Source: Hypanus sabinus
Lineage: Eukaryota
Direction: 5' to 3'
NCBI RefSeq assembly: GCF_030144855.1
Contig: NC_082712.1
Location: 13,144,001 to 13,208,000 of the forward strand
DNA: 64,000 nucleotides
The notes below the pieces were generated by a model, which was not told where the DNA came from, did no database searches, and saw only the letters and a list, made by a program, of their open reading frames with translations. Each line of letters opens with the position of its first letter. Positions within the stretch are counted from its first letter, which is position 1. This document shows positions 49,590-60,499 of this stretch, piece after piece. A program made the position numbers and the translations under genes.

Positions 49590-50272
49590 CAATGAAAGTA
49601 AGCATGCAGGTACAGCAGGCAGTGAAGAAAGCTAATGACATGCTGGCTTTTATAACAAGAGGAATTGAGTATAGGAGTAAAGAGGTCCTTCTGCAGTTGT
49701 ACAGGGCCCTGGTGAGACCTCACCTGGAGTACTGTGTGCAGTTTTGGTCTCCAAATTTGAAGAAGGACATTCTTGCTATTGAGGGAGTGCAGCGTAGGTT
49801 CACAAGGTTAATTCCCGGAATGACGGGACTGTTATATGTTGAAAGATTGGAGTGACTGGGCTTGTATACACTGGAATTTAGAAGGATGAGAGGGGATCTG
49901 ATTGAGACATATAAGATTATTAAGGGATTGGACATGCTGGAGGCAGGAAGCATGTTCTGGCTGATGGGTGAGTCCAGAACTAGAGGCCACAGTTTAAGAA
50001 TAAGGGGTAGGCCATTTAGAACTGAGATGCGGAAAAATTTTTTCACCCAGAGAGTGGTGGATATGTGGAATACTCTGCCCCAGAAGGCAGTGGAAGCCAA
50101 GTCTCTGGATGCACTCAAGAGAGAGTTAGATAGAGCTCTTATAGATAGCGGGGTCAAGGGATATGGGGGAGAGGGCAGGAATGGGGTACTGATTGTGTAT
50201 GATCAGCCATGATCACAGTGAATGGCAGTGCTGGCTAGAAGGGCCGAATGGCCTACTCCTGCACCTATTGTC
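49590..50272 (+). mobile_element. CR1 RT C-terminus and 3' tail
   Basis: KKANDMLAFI...RPHLEYCVQFWSP; tail cctattgtctattg. Confidence 0.88.
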
Positions 50273-50279
50273 TATTGTA

Positions 50280-52585
50280 AACTCGGGATTGCAGCCTGTG
50301 CCACAAGACAGAGAGGGTAGGAACAGGAAGTTATGGCAGATGAATGCGTGGCTGAGGAGTTGGTGCAGGGGGCAGGGGTTCAGGTTTCTGGATCATTGGG
50401 ATCTCTTCTGGGGACGGTCTGACCTGTACAAAAAGGACGGGCTGCACCTGAACTGGAAAGGGACCAATATCCTGGCGGGCAGGTTTGCTGGAGCTGTTGG
50501 GGAGGGTTTAAACTATTTTGGCGGGGGGGTGGGAATCAGAATGTGAGTGCAGAGATTAAGGTAGAAGGACAAGGGCATGATGCTATGTGTTCTGAGTTGG
50601 TGAGGAAGGACAGGCAGGGGACAAAACATAAATGTAGCCAGTTAGAGGGGTTGAAATGTGTCTATTTCAATGCTAGGAGTATTAGGAATAAAGGGGATGA
50701 ACTTCGAGCATGGATCAGTACATGGAACTACGATGTTGTGGCCATTACTGAAACTTGGCTGGAGGAAGGACAGGATTGGCTGATGCAGGTACCAGGATTT
50801 AGCTGTTTTAAAAGGAACAGAATGGGAGGTAGAAAGGGGGAGATGAGTAGCATTACTGGTCAGGGATAGTATCACGGCTATAGAAAGGGAGGACGCTGCA
50901 GAGGGAATGTCCACTGAGTTGGTCTGGGTGGAAGTCAGAAATAGGAAGGGATCAATCGCTGTGCTGGGAGTAGTCTATAGGCCCCCAAATAGCCCTCAGG
51001 ACACCGAGGAGCAGATAAGCAGGCAGATTTTAGAATGGTGCAGGAAATACAGGGTTGTAGTTATGGGTGATTTCAACTTCCCACACATTGACTGGCATCT
51101 CCTGACTGCAAGGGGGATAAATGGGGCTGAATTTGTCAGGTGTGTTCAAGAAGGATTCCTGACAGTATGTGGACCGGCCGACGAGAGGAGAGGCCATACT
51201 GGATCTAGTTCTGGGTAATGAACCTGGTCAGGTGACAGACCTCTTGGTGGGGGAGCATTTGGTGAGAGTGACCACAACTCCCTTAGCTTCAGCATAGCTA
51301 TGGAAAAGGATAAAAACAGACAAAATGGGAAAGTGCTTAACTGGGGAAGGGCTAACAATGAAGGGATGAGGCAGGAACTAGTGAGAGTAAATTGGAAACA
51401 GATGTTCAAGGGTGAAAACACAGAAGTAATGTGGGAGAAGTTTAGGGACCACTTGTGCTGTGTTCAGGATAGGTTTGTCCCACTGAGACAAGTTTAAAAT
51501 GATAGGAAAAGGGAACCATGGCTGACAAAACACGTGAGGCAACTCATCCAGAGGAAGAAAGAAGCATATGTTAGATATAAGAAGCAGGAAACAGGGGGGG
51601 CTCATGAGAAATATAGGATAGCCAGGAAGGTGCTTAAGAAAGGACTTAGGAGAGCTCTAAGTCTTGGCATGTCGGATTAAGGAGAACCCCAAGGCGTTCT
51701 ACACGTATGTGAAGAACAGAAGGATGAATAGAACAAAGGTGGGGCCACTAAAGGATAAGGAGGGCAATATGTGCTTGGAGGTGCAGGAGGTTGGGGAGGT
51801 CCTAAATGAATACTTTGCTTCAGTATTGACAAGTGAAAAGGACCTTGATCAGGGTGAGATCGAAATAGAGCAGGTCTGTGCACTGGACAATGTGGCGATT
51901 AAGGAAGAAATATTGGATCTTCTTAAAAACATCAAAATTGATAAGTCCCCAGGACTGGATGTGATATACCCCAGGTTGCTGTGGGAGGTGAGAGAAGAAA
52001 TCACTGGAACAGTAGCTATGATCTTTGAATCCTCTTTGGCTGCAGGGGAGGTGCCGGAGGATTGGAGAATGGCAAATGTAGCTCCCCTTGTTTAAAAATG
52101 TTAATAGGGAGAATCCTGTGAACTAGAGACTGGTGAGTCTTACGTCGGTGCTCTGAAAACTATTGGAAAGGATTCTTAAGGATAGGATCTGTGAGCATTT
52201 GGAGAAGTCCAGTCTGCTCAAGGATAGTCAACATGGCTTTGTGAAGGGAAGGTTGTGCCTCACCAGCCTGACTGAGTTTTTTGAAGAGGTAACAAAAGAA
52301 ATTGATGAGGGTAGGGCAGTAGATGTGGTCTACATGGATTTTAGCAAAGCATTTGTCAAGGTCCCCCATGAGAGACTCATCCAGAAAATCATGAGGCGTG
52401 GAATCAATGGAACCTTGGCTGTTTGGATAAAAAATTGGTTTACAGGAAGAAAGCAGAGGATCGTAGTGGAAGGAAAGTATTCTGCCTGGAGGTCGGTGAC
52501 TAGTGGAGTGCCACAAGGATCTGTCCTGGGACCCCTACTCTTTAAGTATAACTGAGAATGCATGTAGTTTGCAGCACAGGTAAAC
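50280..52585 (+). mobile_element. CR1 LINE (ORF1 end, EN, RT; 3'-truncated)
   Basis: KKDGLHLNWKG, KCVYFNARSI, VYRPPN, MGDFNFP, YMDFSKAF, VPQGSVLGP. Confidence 0.9.
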
Positions 52586-52620
52586 AGTAAACAGCTCAGT
52601 GCACTATCTTTGTAGAAAGC

Positions 52621-53120
52621 AGGGTTCACTGTAGAATTCCTTCTCAAACACACCAGCTCAGGCTGTAGTACACTTTCAGTACAGTAAGTATTACACTGGA
52701 GAGGGTTCACTGTAGAATTCCTTCTCAAACACACCAGCTCAGGCTGTAGAACACTTTCAGTACAGTAAGTATTACACTGGAGAGGGTTCACTGTAGAATT
52801 CCTTCTCAAACACACCAGCTCAGGCTGCAGAACACTTTCAGTACAGTAAGTATTACACTGGAGAGGGTTCACTGTAGAATTCCTTCTCAAACACACCAGC
52901 TCAGGCTGTAGAACACTTTCAGGACAGTAAGTATTACACTGGAGAGGGCTCAGTGTAGAATTCCTTCTCAAACACACCAGCTCAGGCTGTTGAACACTTT
53001 CAGTACAGTAAGTATTACACTGGAGTGGGTTCACTGTAGGATTCCCTTTCAAACACACCAGCTCAGGGTGTTGAACACTTTCAGTACGGTAAGTATCACA
53101 CTGGAGTGGGTTCAGTGTAG
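52621..53120. repeat. 81-bp tandem repeat, about 6 copies
   Basis: Unit cactgtagaattccttctcaaacacaccagctcaggctgtag-acactttcagtacagtaagtattacactggagagggtt, period 81. Confidence 0.95.
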
Positions 53121-53299
53121 ATGAAGATACAGATGAAGATGAAGATGAAGTACAGATGAAGATCATGTTCATTGTCGTCTGAGTGTACATCTCCACAACA
53201 AAATGTAACAGTGTTCCTCTGGATCACGGTGCACCCAGAAAACATCTACAGTCTCACATCACACACAGCTCATAATGCAAAATATTCCCTCAGCTGAGT

Positions 53300-53640
53300 T
53301 AATAGGTTAGTGACTAATGCCATTACACAGGACTGACTGGTGTTGTTATACTGTATTGATCAGTATTATTACTCTGTATTGATTAGTGTTGTTTCAGTAC
53401 AGTGACTAGTGTTGTTAAACAATACTGACTGGTGTTGTTTCATTGTGGTGATTGTGTTGTCACACTGTACTGATTAGTGATATCACACTGTACAGATCAG
53501 TGTTGTTACACTGTACTGATTGGTGTTGCTGCAGTGTATTGATTTGTGCTGTTTCCCTGTAATGGCCAGTGTTACACTGTACTGGTCGTTGTTGTTAGAC
53601 TGTACTGATTGGTGTTGTTACACTTCACTGATTAGTGATG
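53300..53640. repeat. Degenerate ~27-bp minisatellite
   Basis: Recurring gtgttgttacactgtactgatt units. Confidence 0.75.
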
Positions 53641-53926
53641 GTGTCAATTGGTTCAACAACCGAATGATTGAAGGGAATTAGCTGTTCCTGAACGTGGTGG
53701 TGTGAGATTTAGGCTTCTTGATCTCCTGCCCGATGGGACTGATTTATGTTCTAAAGAGTTTCCCTAGTTTGAATGGACTTTAATGAGTGAGACACATGTG
53801 GGGCCGTTTTCATTCAGGAGGGTGCTGTGGGGAGTTTTTATTATTTTGTTGGCTGGAAATTTTGTCAGTGTTAAACGTTTTTGCTGAGGGTTAACCGATT
53901 TATTCTGGCACCTGTCCTTCCCTCAG

Positions 53927-54316
53927 CTCCCAATGAGAGTGTCTCTGTGATGACTGGAACTGAGGGAGCTTCGGCCACGTTACCCTGTGTGTTCACACGG
54001 CCTCGGCAGAGCCTCACCGCACACACGGTGACGTGGATGAGGAAGGATCCCTACCGAATCATCGTCACATTCAGGCACCATGGAAATGGATCATGGGTAG
54101 CGGAAAACAGAGTGACTCGGTACGAGCTCGTCGAGGACCCAGAGCTGGGAAGCGCCTGGATCAGGATAAAGCAGCTGAGAGTGGAGGACAGTCACAGCTA
54201 CCTGTGTCTGGCTGAGTTCAGGAACATGAAGCATGATTACTCATCCGACAGAGAGCACGTCACACCTCCATTTATACATGTGTTCCAGAGTGAGATCCGG
54301 TTGCAGGTCAGACCAG
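53927..54316 (+). CDS. SIGLEC15: Siglec-15-like gene, exon 3 (second V-set Ig domain, no essential Arg)
   Basis: Branch-like ttaac and ccttccctcag| acceptor, G|gtaag donor, phase 1-1. ATLPCVF...VTW...AWIRIKQLRVEDSHSYLCLAEF. Confidence 0.88.
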
Positions 54317-55309
54317 GTAAGAAATCATTGACACATTCTGCAGGGCATGGGGAGGGTTTTGGGGGGGGGGGGTGGGGTGGGGGGTAGCCTGCTACCATTA
54401 TCCTTCCTCTAATCAACCCCACCCCCGGGTTTATCTGTCTGTCCCCGAGTGAGATCTGACTGTAGATCAGACCCGGAAAAGAACCCGTCACCACATTCAA
54501 GTTCAAGTTTAATTGTCAATCAGCCACACGTGCGTACAGCAAAACAAAACAGTGTTCCTCCAGGGACAAGCTGTAAAGCAGAGTAGCAACAGCACACAGT
54601 ACACATTGTTATGATGGCAGAAAAGCATACAGTCACAAAAAGACATAATATTGCCCAAGTTCCTGAGTGGTCTGGATTGGAGCTGGATGGTAGATTGGAT
54701 ATTGTCCTGGTCCAGCTTGTCTCTCACTAAGTGAACACTGGGGGGCAGCACTGAGCAAAAGAGGAAGGCAGCACCGATGGGAGGGGCCTGTCCCCAACGC
54801 ACGACGGACTCCAGCACGTCCACAGAGGCCTCTGCTCTCTCCCACACCATCTCGGCATCTTCTGCAGTGTTCAGGGATGGGTCAGAACCTCCAGCACCCA
54901 TTGTATTCTGTGTCCAGACTCCGGGGATGAATGTTATATCGGCCACTCCCAGCCTCTGCTGGTGATGAGTTTCATTTCCCCACCACAACTCCATCTCAGA
55001 CGGTCCCTCACACAGGGTGGCCCCCAGACCTTCAACGGGCCCCCTGGTGGGGCCTTGCCTGAACTTGGGAGGAATGAGTGGAGTTCTAACGGAGGATCAG
55101 GAAGCTTCCCAGAGAAGATGCACACTCAGCGTTTCAGGAAGAGCTTCTTCCTTTCTGCCGTCGGATTTCTGAATGGACAATCAGAAAAGTGAGGGCCATC
55201 TCACTTTTTTCCCTATTTTTCCCTCTTTTTGTGCTACTTATTTAATTTAAAATTATACATGTAGGTATATATTTCTTATTGAAATTTACAGTTTTTTAAT
55301 TAATATGTA

Positions 55310-55620
55310 TTGCAATGTATAACAGGGTGTCAGGGTGAAGATATGTCTTTACCAAAGGAGGTGTAAGACACTCCTTCCCTCCACTAGCCTTCACTTTACC
55401 CTTGGGCGAGGTGTAGCCCCTGCTTAGCCCCCGATCAGGGTCACGTGAATCCACGGGATCAGGTGGTGGATGGTTGTATGAGCAGCTGGTGCAGATCACA
55501 AATTCTGGTTATGTGACCACTGACACCAGGCAGACAATCTCTGAAGAGTATTGATAATGGCTGGGATCACCTGTCCTGTACAGACACTGCTCAGAAGAAG
55601 GTGATGGAAACCACTTTTGT
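55310..55620 (+). mobile_element. Non-autonomous or RTE-associated interspersed repeat
   Basis: ccaaaggaggtgtaag...gtggaaaccacttttgtagaaaaattgccaagaacaatcatggtca. Family assignment is by recollection only. Confidence 0.35.
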
Positions 55621-56609
55621 AGAAAAATTGCCAAGAACAATCATGGTCATAAACAGGAAAATATCTGCCGTTGCTGGAAATCCAGAGCAACACACACAAG
55701 ATACTGGAGGAGCTCAGCAGGTCAGGCAGCGTCTATGGGGAAAGGATCAAAGGTTCATTTTATTGTCAAAAGTTTGCATGTAGAATACAACTCTGATATT
55801 CATCTTCTCCAGATAACCATGATATCCAGATAAACCATGGGATTCATTACGTCAATAACCCCACATGAAAAGGAAAAAGAAAAATCTCGCAACCTCAACC
55901 CCCCACCTCCCTCCCTCGCACAAAAGCCAACAGATCACCCACATGGAAGATGATCGTCAGAAGATCGAAAGCCTCAAGCCCCCAACCCCCTCCCTCTCAA
56001 AAAATACAGTGCCGACAACACCAAACCCAACACCCTCTCCCCACACAGATCACCCACACAGAACAGTCAACAGGAACATCAGACACCAATTCCCAACCCC
56101 TCCCTCACACAAAAACAATACATCGTCCCTCTAGAACCCCAACCCACCAATCAGCAACAGGAAAGAAAACAGAAACTGAAGGAGAGCAAAATAAACTACA
56201 GCCCAACAGCCACATCAATCTCAGAATTTCAAACATTCCTCCCACCAGAACTGAGTAAACAGTCGATGCTTTGTGCTGAGACTCTGCATCAGAACTCATG
56301 AAAGGGCCTGTTCTGCACGGTGTGAGTCCTGATAAAGGGGTCAGCCTGAAACATCAGCTGTTTACTCTTCTCCAGAGATGCTGCCTGGCCTGCTGAGTTC
56401 CTCCAGCATTTTGTGTGTGTTCATCATGGTTACGAGACTGTGATTGCCCACATCACACAACACAGCACATACCAATGATGATGATTGCAATGTACTGCTG
56501 CACAAAGCACAAGCCGGTGAAATTATCCTAATCCCGACTGCGGTTCTGCAGAATGTCAGGGGGAGGAGGCAGACAGGACACGATTACAGGGCTCAACCTG
56601 TCACATGGA

Positions 56610-57080
56610 TCAATTAGAACATAAGAAGATAAGAAATAAGAGCAGGATTTGGCCACCCGGCCCATCGAGCCTGTCCCGCCATTCGATAAGATCATGGCTG
56701 ATCTGTCCGTAAACTCAGCTCCATCTACCTACCTCTTCCCCAAAACCCTTAATTCCCTTACTATGTAAAAACCTATCTAACTGTTTCTTAAATATATTTA
56801 GTGAAGAAACCTCAACTGCTTCCCTGGGCAGAGAATTCCACAGATTCACCACTCTCTGGGAAAAACAGTTTCTCCTCATCCCCATCCTAAATCTTCTCCC
56901 CGAATGTTGAGGCAATGCCCCCTAGTTCCAGTCTCACCTACCAAGGGAAACAACTTTCCTGCTTCTATCTTATCTTTCCCTTTCAAAATTTTGTATCTTT
57001 CTGTAAGATCCCCCCTTATTCTTCTGAACTCTACAGAGTATAGTCCCAGGCGACTGAACCTCCCCTCACAGGTTAACCCC
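56610..57080 (-). mobile_element. CR1 3' end
   Basis: agaacataag tail; LGLYSVEFRRIRGDL. Confidence 0.8.
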
Positions 57081-57704
57081 TTCATCAAGACAGAAGCCAG
57101 CCCCCCACCATGGATTCTGTCTGCACTTCTCACCGTCTCTGTGAAGCAGACTGCAAAATCAGAGACCCTCCCATCCACCCTGGACATTCTCCCTTCGGCC
57201 CTCTCCCACTGGGCAGAAGGTACAACAGCCTGGATGCACGGACCACCAGGCTGAAGGACAGCTTTTATCCTACAGTTATAACTACGGAGTGGTCCCCCAG
57301 TATGATAAGATGGACTCTCCACCTCATTATTTATTTGTTTATTCATTTAGAGATACAGCACGGAACAGGCCCTTCCGACCCAACGAGCCACACCACCCAG
57401 AAACCCACCTATTGAACCCACAACGATTTACAATGATCAATTAACCGACGAGCCGGTCCATCCTTAGACTGTGGGAGGAAACCGGAGCACCCGGAGGACA
57501 CAGCCTCAGGATAGAACAATGTCCCTTTAGAACAGAGTTGGGGGGAAGTTATTCAGCCAGACGGTGGTGAATCTGAGGAATTTGTTGCCACAGATGACAG
57601 TGAAGGTCAAATCATGGTCTTTAAGTGGAGGTTGAGAACTTCTTGATTAGAAAGGACATCAAATTTTATGGGAGATGGCAGTAGAATGGAGTTGAGCAGA
57701 AAAA

Positions 57705-58025
57705 CAGACAGACAGACGTACTTTATTGATCCCGAGGGCAATTTTGTTTTGTTATAGCCGCACCAACCAAGAGCAGTGTAGAAATATAGCAATATAAAAC
57801 CATAAATAATTAAATAATAAGTTAATCATGCCAAGTGGAAATATGTCCAGGACCAGCCTATTGGCTCAGGGTGTCTGACACTCCGAGGGAGGAGTTGTAA
57901 AGTTTGATGGCCACCGGTAGGAATGACTTCCTATGACGCTCAGTGTTACATCTCGGTGGAATGAGTCTCTGGCTGAATGTACTCCTGTGCCTAACCAGTA
58001 CATTATGGAGTGGATGGGAGTCACA
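57705..58025 (-). mobile_element. Rex1 3' tail, close to the copy at 11655-11985
   Basis: cagacagacg-tactttattgatccc...ccagtacattatggagtggatgggagtca is nearly identical to the ERV-inserted Rex1. Confidence 0.85.
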
Positions 58026-58160
58026 CACAAGTTATCATCTTCAGTAAAAATCTGCTGAATGATAAATTCATCTGCACAGCGACTGATTTTAATCAGTCCA
58101 CATTATTGGTCTCTCCCCCTTTGCCCGAGTCTGGATTGACCTCTCTCACTTTCTCTTCAG

Positions 58161-58263
58161 GGACAGGCGCTTCTGAAACCGTGCTGATGTTGTGTATCCC
58201 ACTCGGACTGAAAACTCTCACCCTTTTAGTGATGGGTGCCGTTCTCTACTGTGACAAACTCAG
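58161..58263 (+). CDS. SIGLEC15: Siglec-15-like gene, exon 4 (transmembrane with Lys)
   Basis: Long pyrimidine tract ttctcttcag|, phase 1; GTGASETVLMLCIPLGLKTLTLLVMGAVLYCDKLR resembles the Siglec-15 TM (ALGFKALLLLG). Donor AG|gtaccg (58264) or alternative gtatgt (58269); read-through stops at 58279. Confidence 0.8.
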
Positions 58264-60023
58264 GTACCGTATGTACTAATGCTGAAGGCTCTTGCCGTGA
58301 CGTGACTGAAATCCGATTCACTCAGACAGTCGGTGGACGTTGGGAACTGGCTCAAATACTTGCGGTGGCCCAGTCAGTACTTGTCGTTTGCTGTTTGTGG
58401 GAGCACCGTAGAAAATACTCGTTGCATCATAAGAGTGACTCCTGCAGAAGTGTTTGTAGGCTGTTTAGCATTTTGAGATACATTTCGGATTAAACGTACC
58501 CGGAAACAAGAGAAAACGTGCAGATGGTGTAACTTAAAGCGACACACACAAAATGCTGGAGGAACTCAGCAGGCCAGACAGCATCTATGGAAAAAGTACA
58601 GTCGACGTTTCGGGCAGAGACCCTTCGGCAGGACTAGAGGAAAGGGTTAGACATCTGGCGCCCTTTGTTAGAAAGAATGTGCGCTCTTCCCATGTGCACG
58701 TCGGTTTCCCCGGGTGCTCTGGCTTCCTCCCATGGTCCTGTGATGTTCCAGTTATCAGATTAGTTGTTCATTGAGAACCGTCCTGTGATTAGGCTGGGAT
58801 TACATCCCTGAGTTTCTGGGTGTCGCAACCTGGTGGGCCGTTGTATCTGTAAATAACAAAATGATAAATAATAGATTGAGCTTAGAGAAGGCTGACAGGT
58901 TGGCATAACGTCGAGGGCTGAAGGGCCTGTACTGTGCTGGAATGTTCTACATTCTAATTACAAATCTAATGTTGATGTGCACAAAAGGACACTCTGGAAC
59001 CCAGAAGAAACAATACGGGAAAGTTTCGACTCTTAGCCATCCCACATGCACTGGGATCAGGTAGTGCAGTCAACCCAGGGTGAATCTGGTCTCTTGGTCT
59101 ACACAAGACTAGTCCATGAGGCAAAATCCCTCAGAGATTTAGCTCTTGACTGAATCTCTGCAGCCATCTCCCTCAACAATAATCCAGTTTAAACTGTTAG
59201 TGAATCAACTTCAAACATATTGACACTGAAAAATATTCAAATGATTTCCATGTCTCTAATATCATTGATAATCAGGTTCCTCCTTAAATTACAGCCTCGA
59301 TCTGTTACTGTCCCCAACACGTTTCATTTACTTAGCTCCTATGATTTTTGTATCCACTTCCCTCTCTTCCAGATTCATCCTAAGAAATCTGATATTCAAA
59401 TACCTGTATCCTAGAAATTGAATCACAGACAGGATTAAATTCACTCTGCCATTCACAGAGGATTTTCCTTCAGAATGGATATTCCGAGGGATTTCCTGAG
59501 CCAGAGGATGCTGAATCTGTGGAATTTACGGCCATAAATGCCTGTGGGAATACTTAAAACAGAGATTGATGGGTTCCTGAATAGTAAGGGTGTCAAAGAT
59601 GACGGGATGAGGACAGGAGAATGGGGTTGTTAGGGATAATAAATCAACCACGATGGGATAGCAGAGCAGAATAGATGGGCTGAATGCCAAAACTCTGATG
59701 CTATTTCATATGCTCTTACGGTCTGAATCTAAGCTCCATACAAGTTTATCAATATTATCCTATAGCCTAAGACCATCTTCCTGTCAACAACATGACCTAT
59801 GTTGTTATGTCACCGTAAAGTTTCCAACTGAATCAATGTTTGGGCTCATCTCCAGTTTTGTTGTCAAACACTGATGCCAACGACAAAATTTATTCTGTGG
59901 GAATTCCCAGTCATCTCTCGATCCAAATCCCTTCAAAGGTTATAAATGAATTGGGGGGAGGGAGTCGGATGTGGTGTCATTGCATGATCTAGATTCGTGT
60001 TAACCGTTTCGTTCTGTCCACAG

Positions 60024-60039
60024 AAAGCGACAAGACTGA
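60024..60039 (+). CDS. Possible terminal coding exon of the Siglec-15-like gene
   Basis: gttaaccgtttcgttctgtccacag| acceptor in unique DNA. With the phase-2 donor it gives ...LRKRQD* (317-aa protein). Not otherwise supported. Confidence 0.35.
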
Positions 60040-60305
60040 TCCACCGCAGGAGACTGAGAAGACCGGTTTTCCAACCACAAGGTGCAGACGCAACAAGATC
60101 CAACGAGAACACCATGTTCCACATGAAGAAATGTTATCTGTTTTTAATTGACCTCTTCCTACATTGACTCTACAACCTGTTGCAGAATTCTGGGCTGAAC
60201 ATGCCAAATATGTAGAACTGGAGAACGATCGTAGATAGAGGCCTAATTAAGGCGGTGGTAAACGCTGCACAGACAGCAATCACTATTGGGCTGAGGACAG
60301 TGAGT

Positions 60306-60470
60306 GGGGCGTGTGGCCAATTGGTGAAGGCTTTGGGCTAGCGATCTGAAGGTCATTAGTTCGAGCCCCAGCTGAGGCAGTGTGCAACGCACTTAACCCC
60401 ACACTGCTCCTGCACGTTTATAGCCCAGTGGCAGCAGTTGGTGTAGTATGGACAGGAGAAGACAGTGAGT
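60306..60470 (+). mobile_element. tRNA-derived SINE
   Basis: A-box tggccaattgg, B-box agttcgagcc, followed by a non-tRNA body. Confidence 0.6.
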
Positions 60471-60499
60471 AGGTGTGATGTCGACCTGAACTGGTCATC

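Noticed and set aside
52330-53196. 288-aa minus-strand ORF with 27-aa Cys repeats
   Set aside because: It is open because the unit is 81 bp, a multiple of 3. It runs into antisense CR1 sequence and has no gene-like context.
55310-55450. HDV-like ribozyme in the RTE-associated repeat
   Set aside because: RTE 5' ends can carry such ribozymes, but I could not assign the P1-P4 and P1.1 pairings by eye. An Infernal or RNArobo search would decide.
54317-58160. Missing C2-set Ig exon of the Siglec-like gene
   Set aside because: No C2 signature with splice sites was seen. The interval reads as LINE, SINE and Penelope fragments, though a small diverged exon cannot be fully excluded.
60306-60380. tRNA gene
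   Set aside because: A and B boxes are present, but the acceptor stem does not close and the sequence continues into a SINE body.
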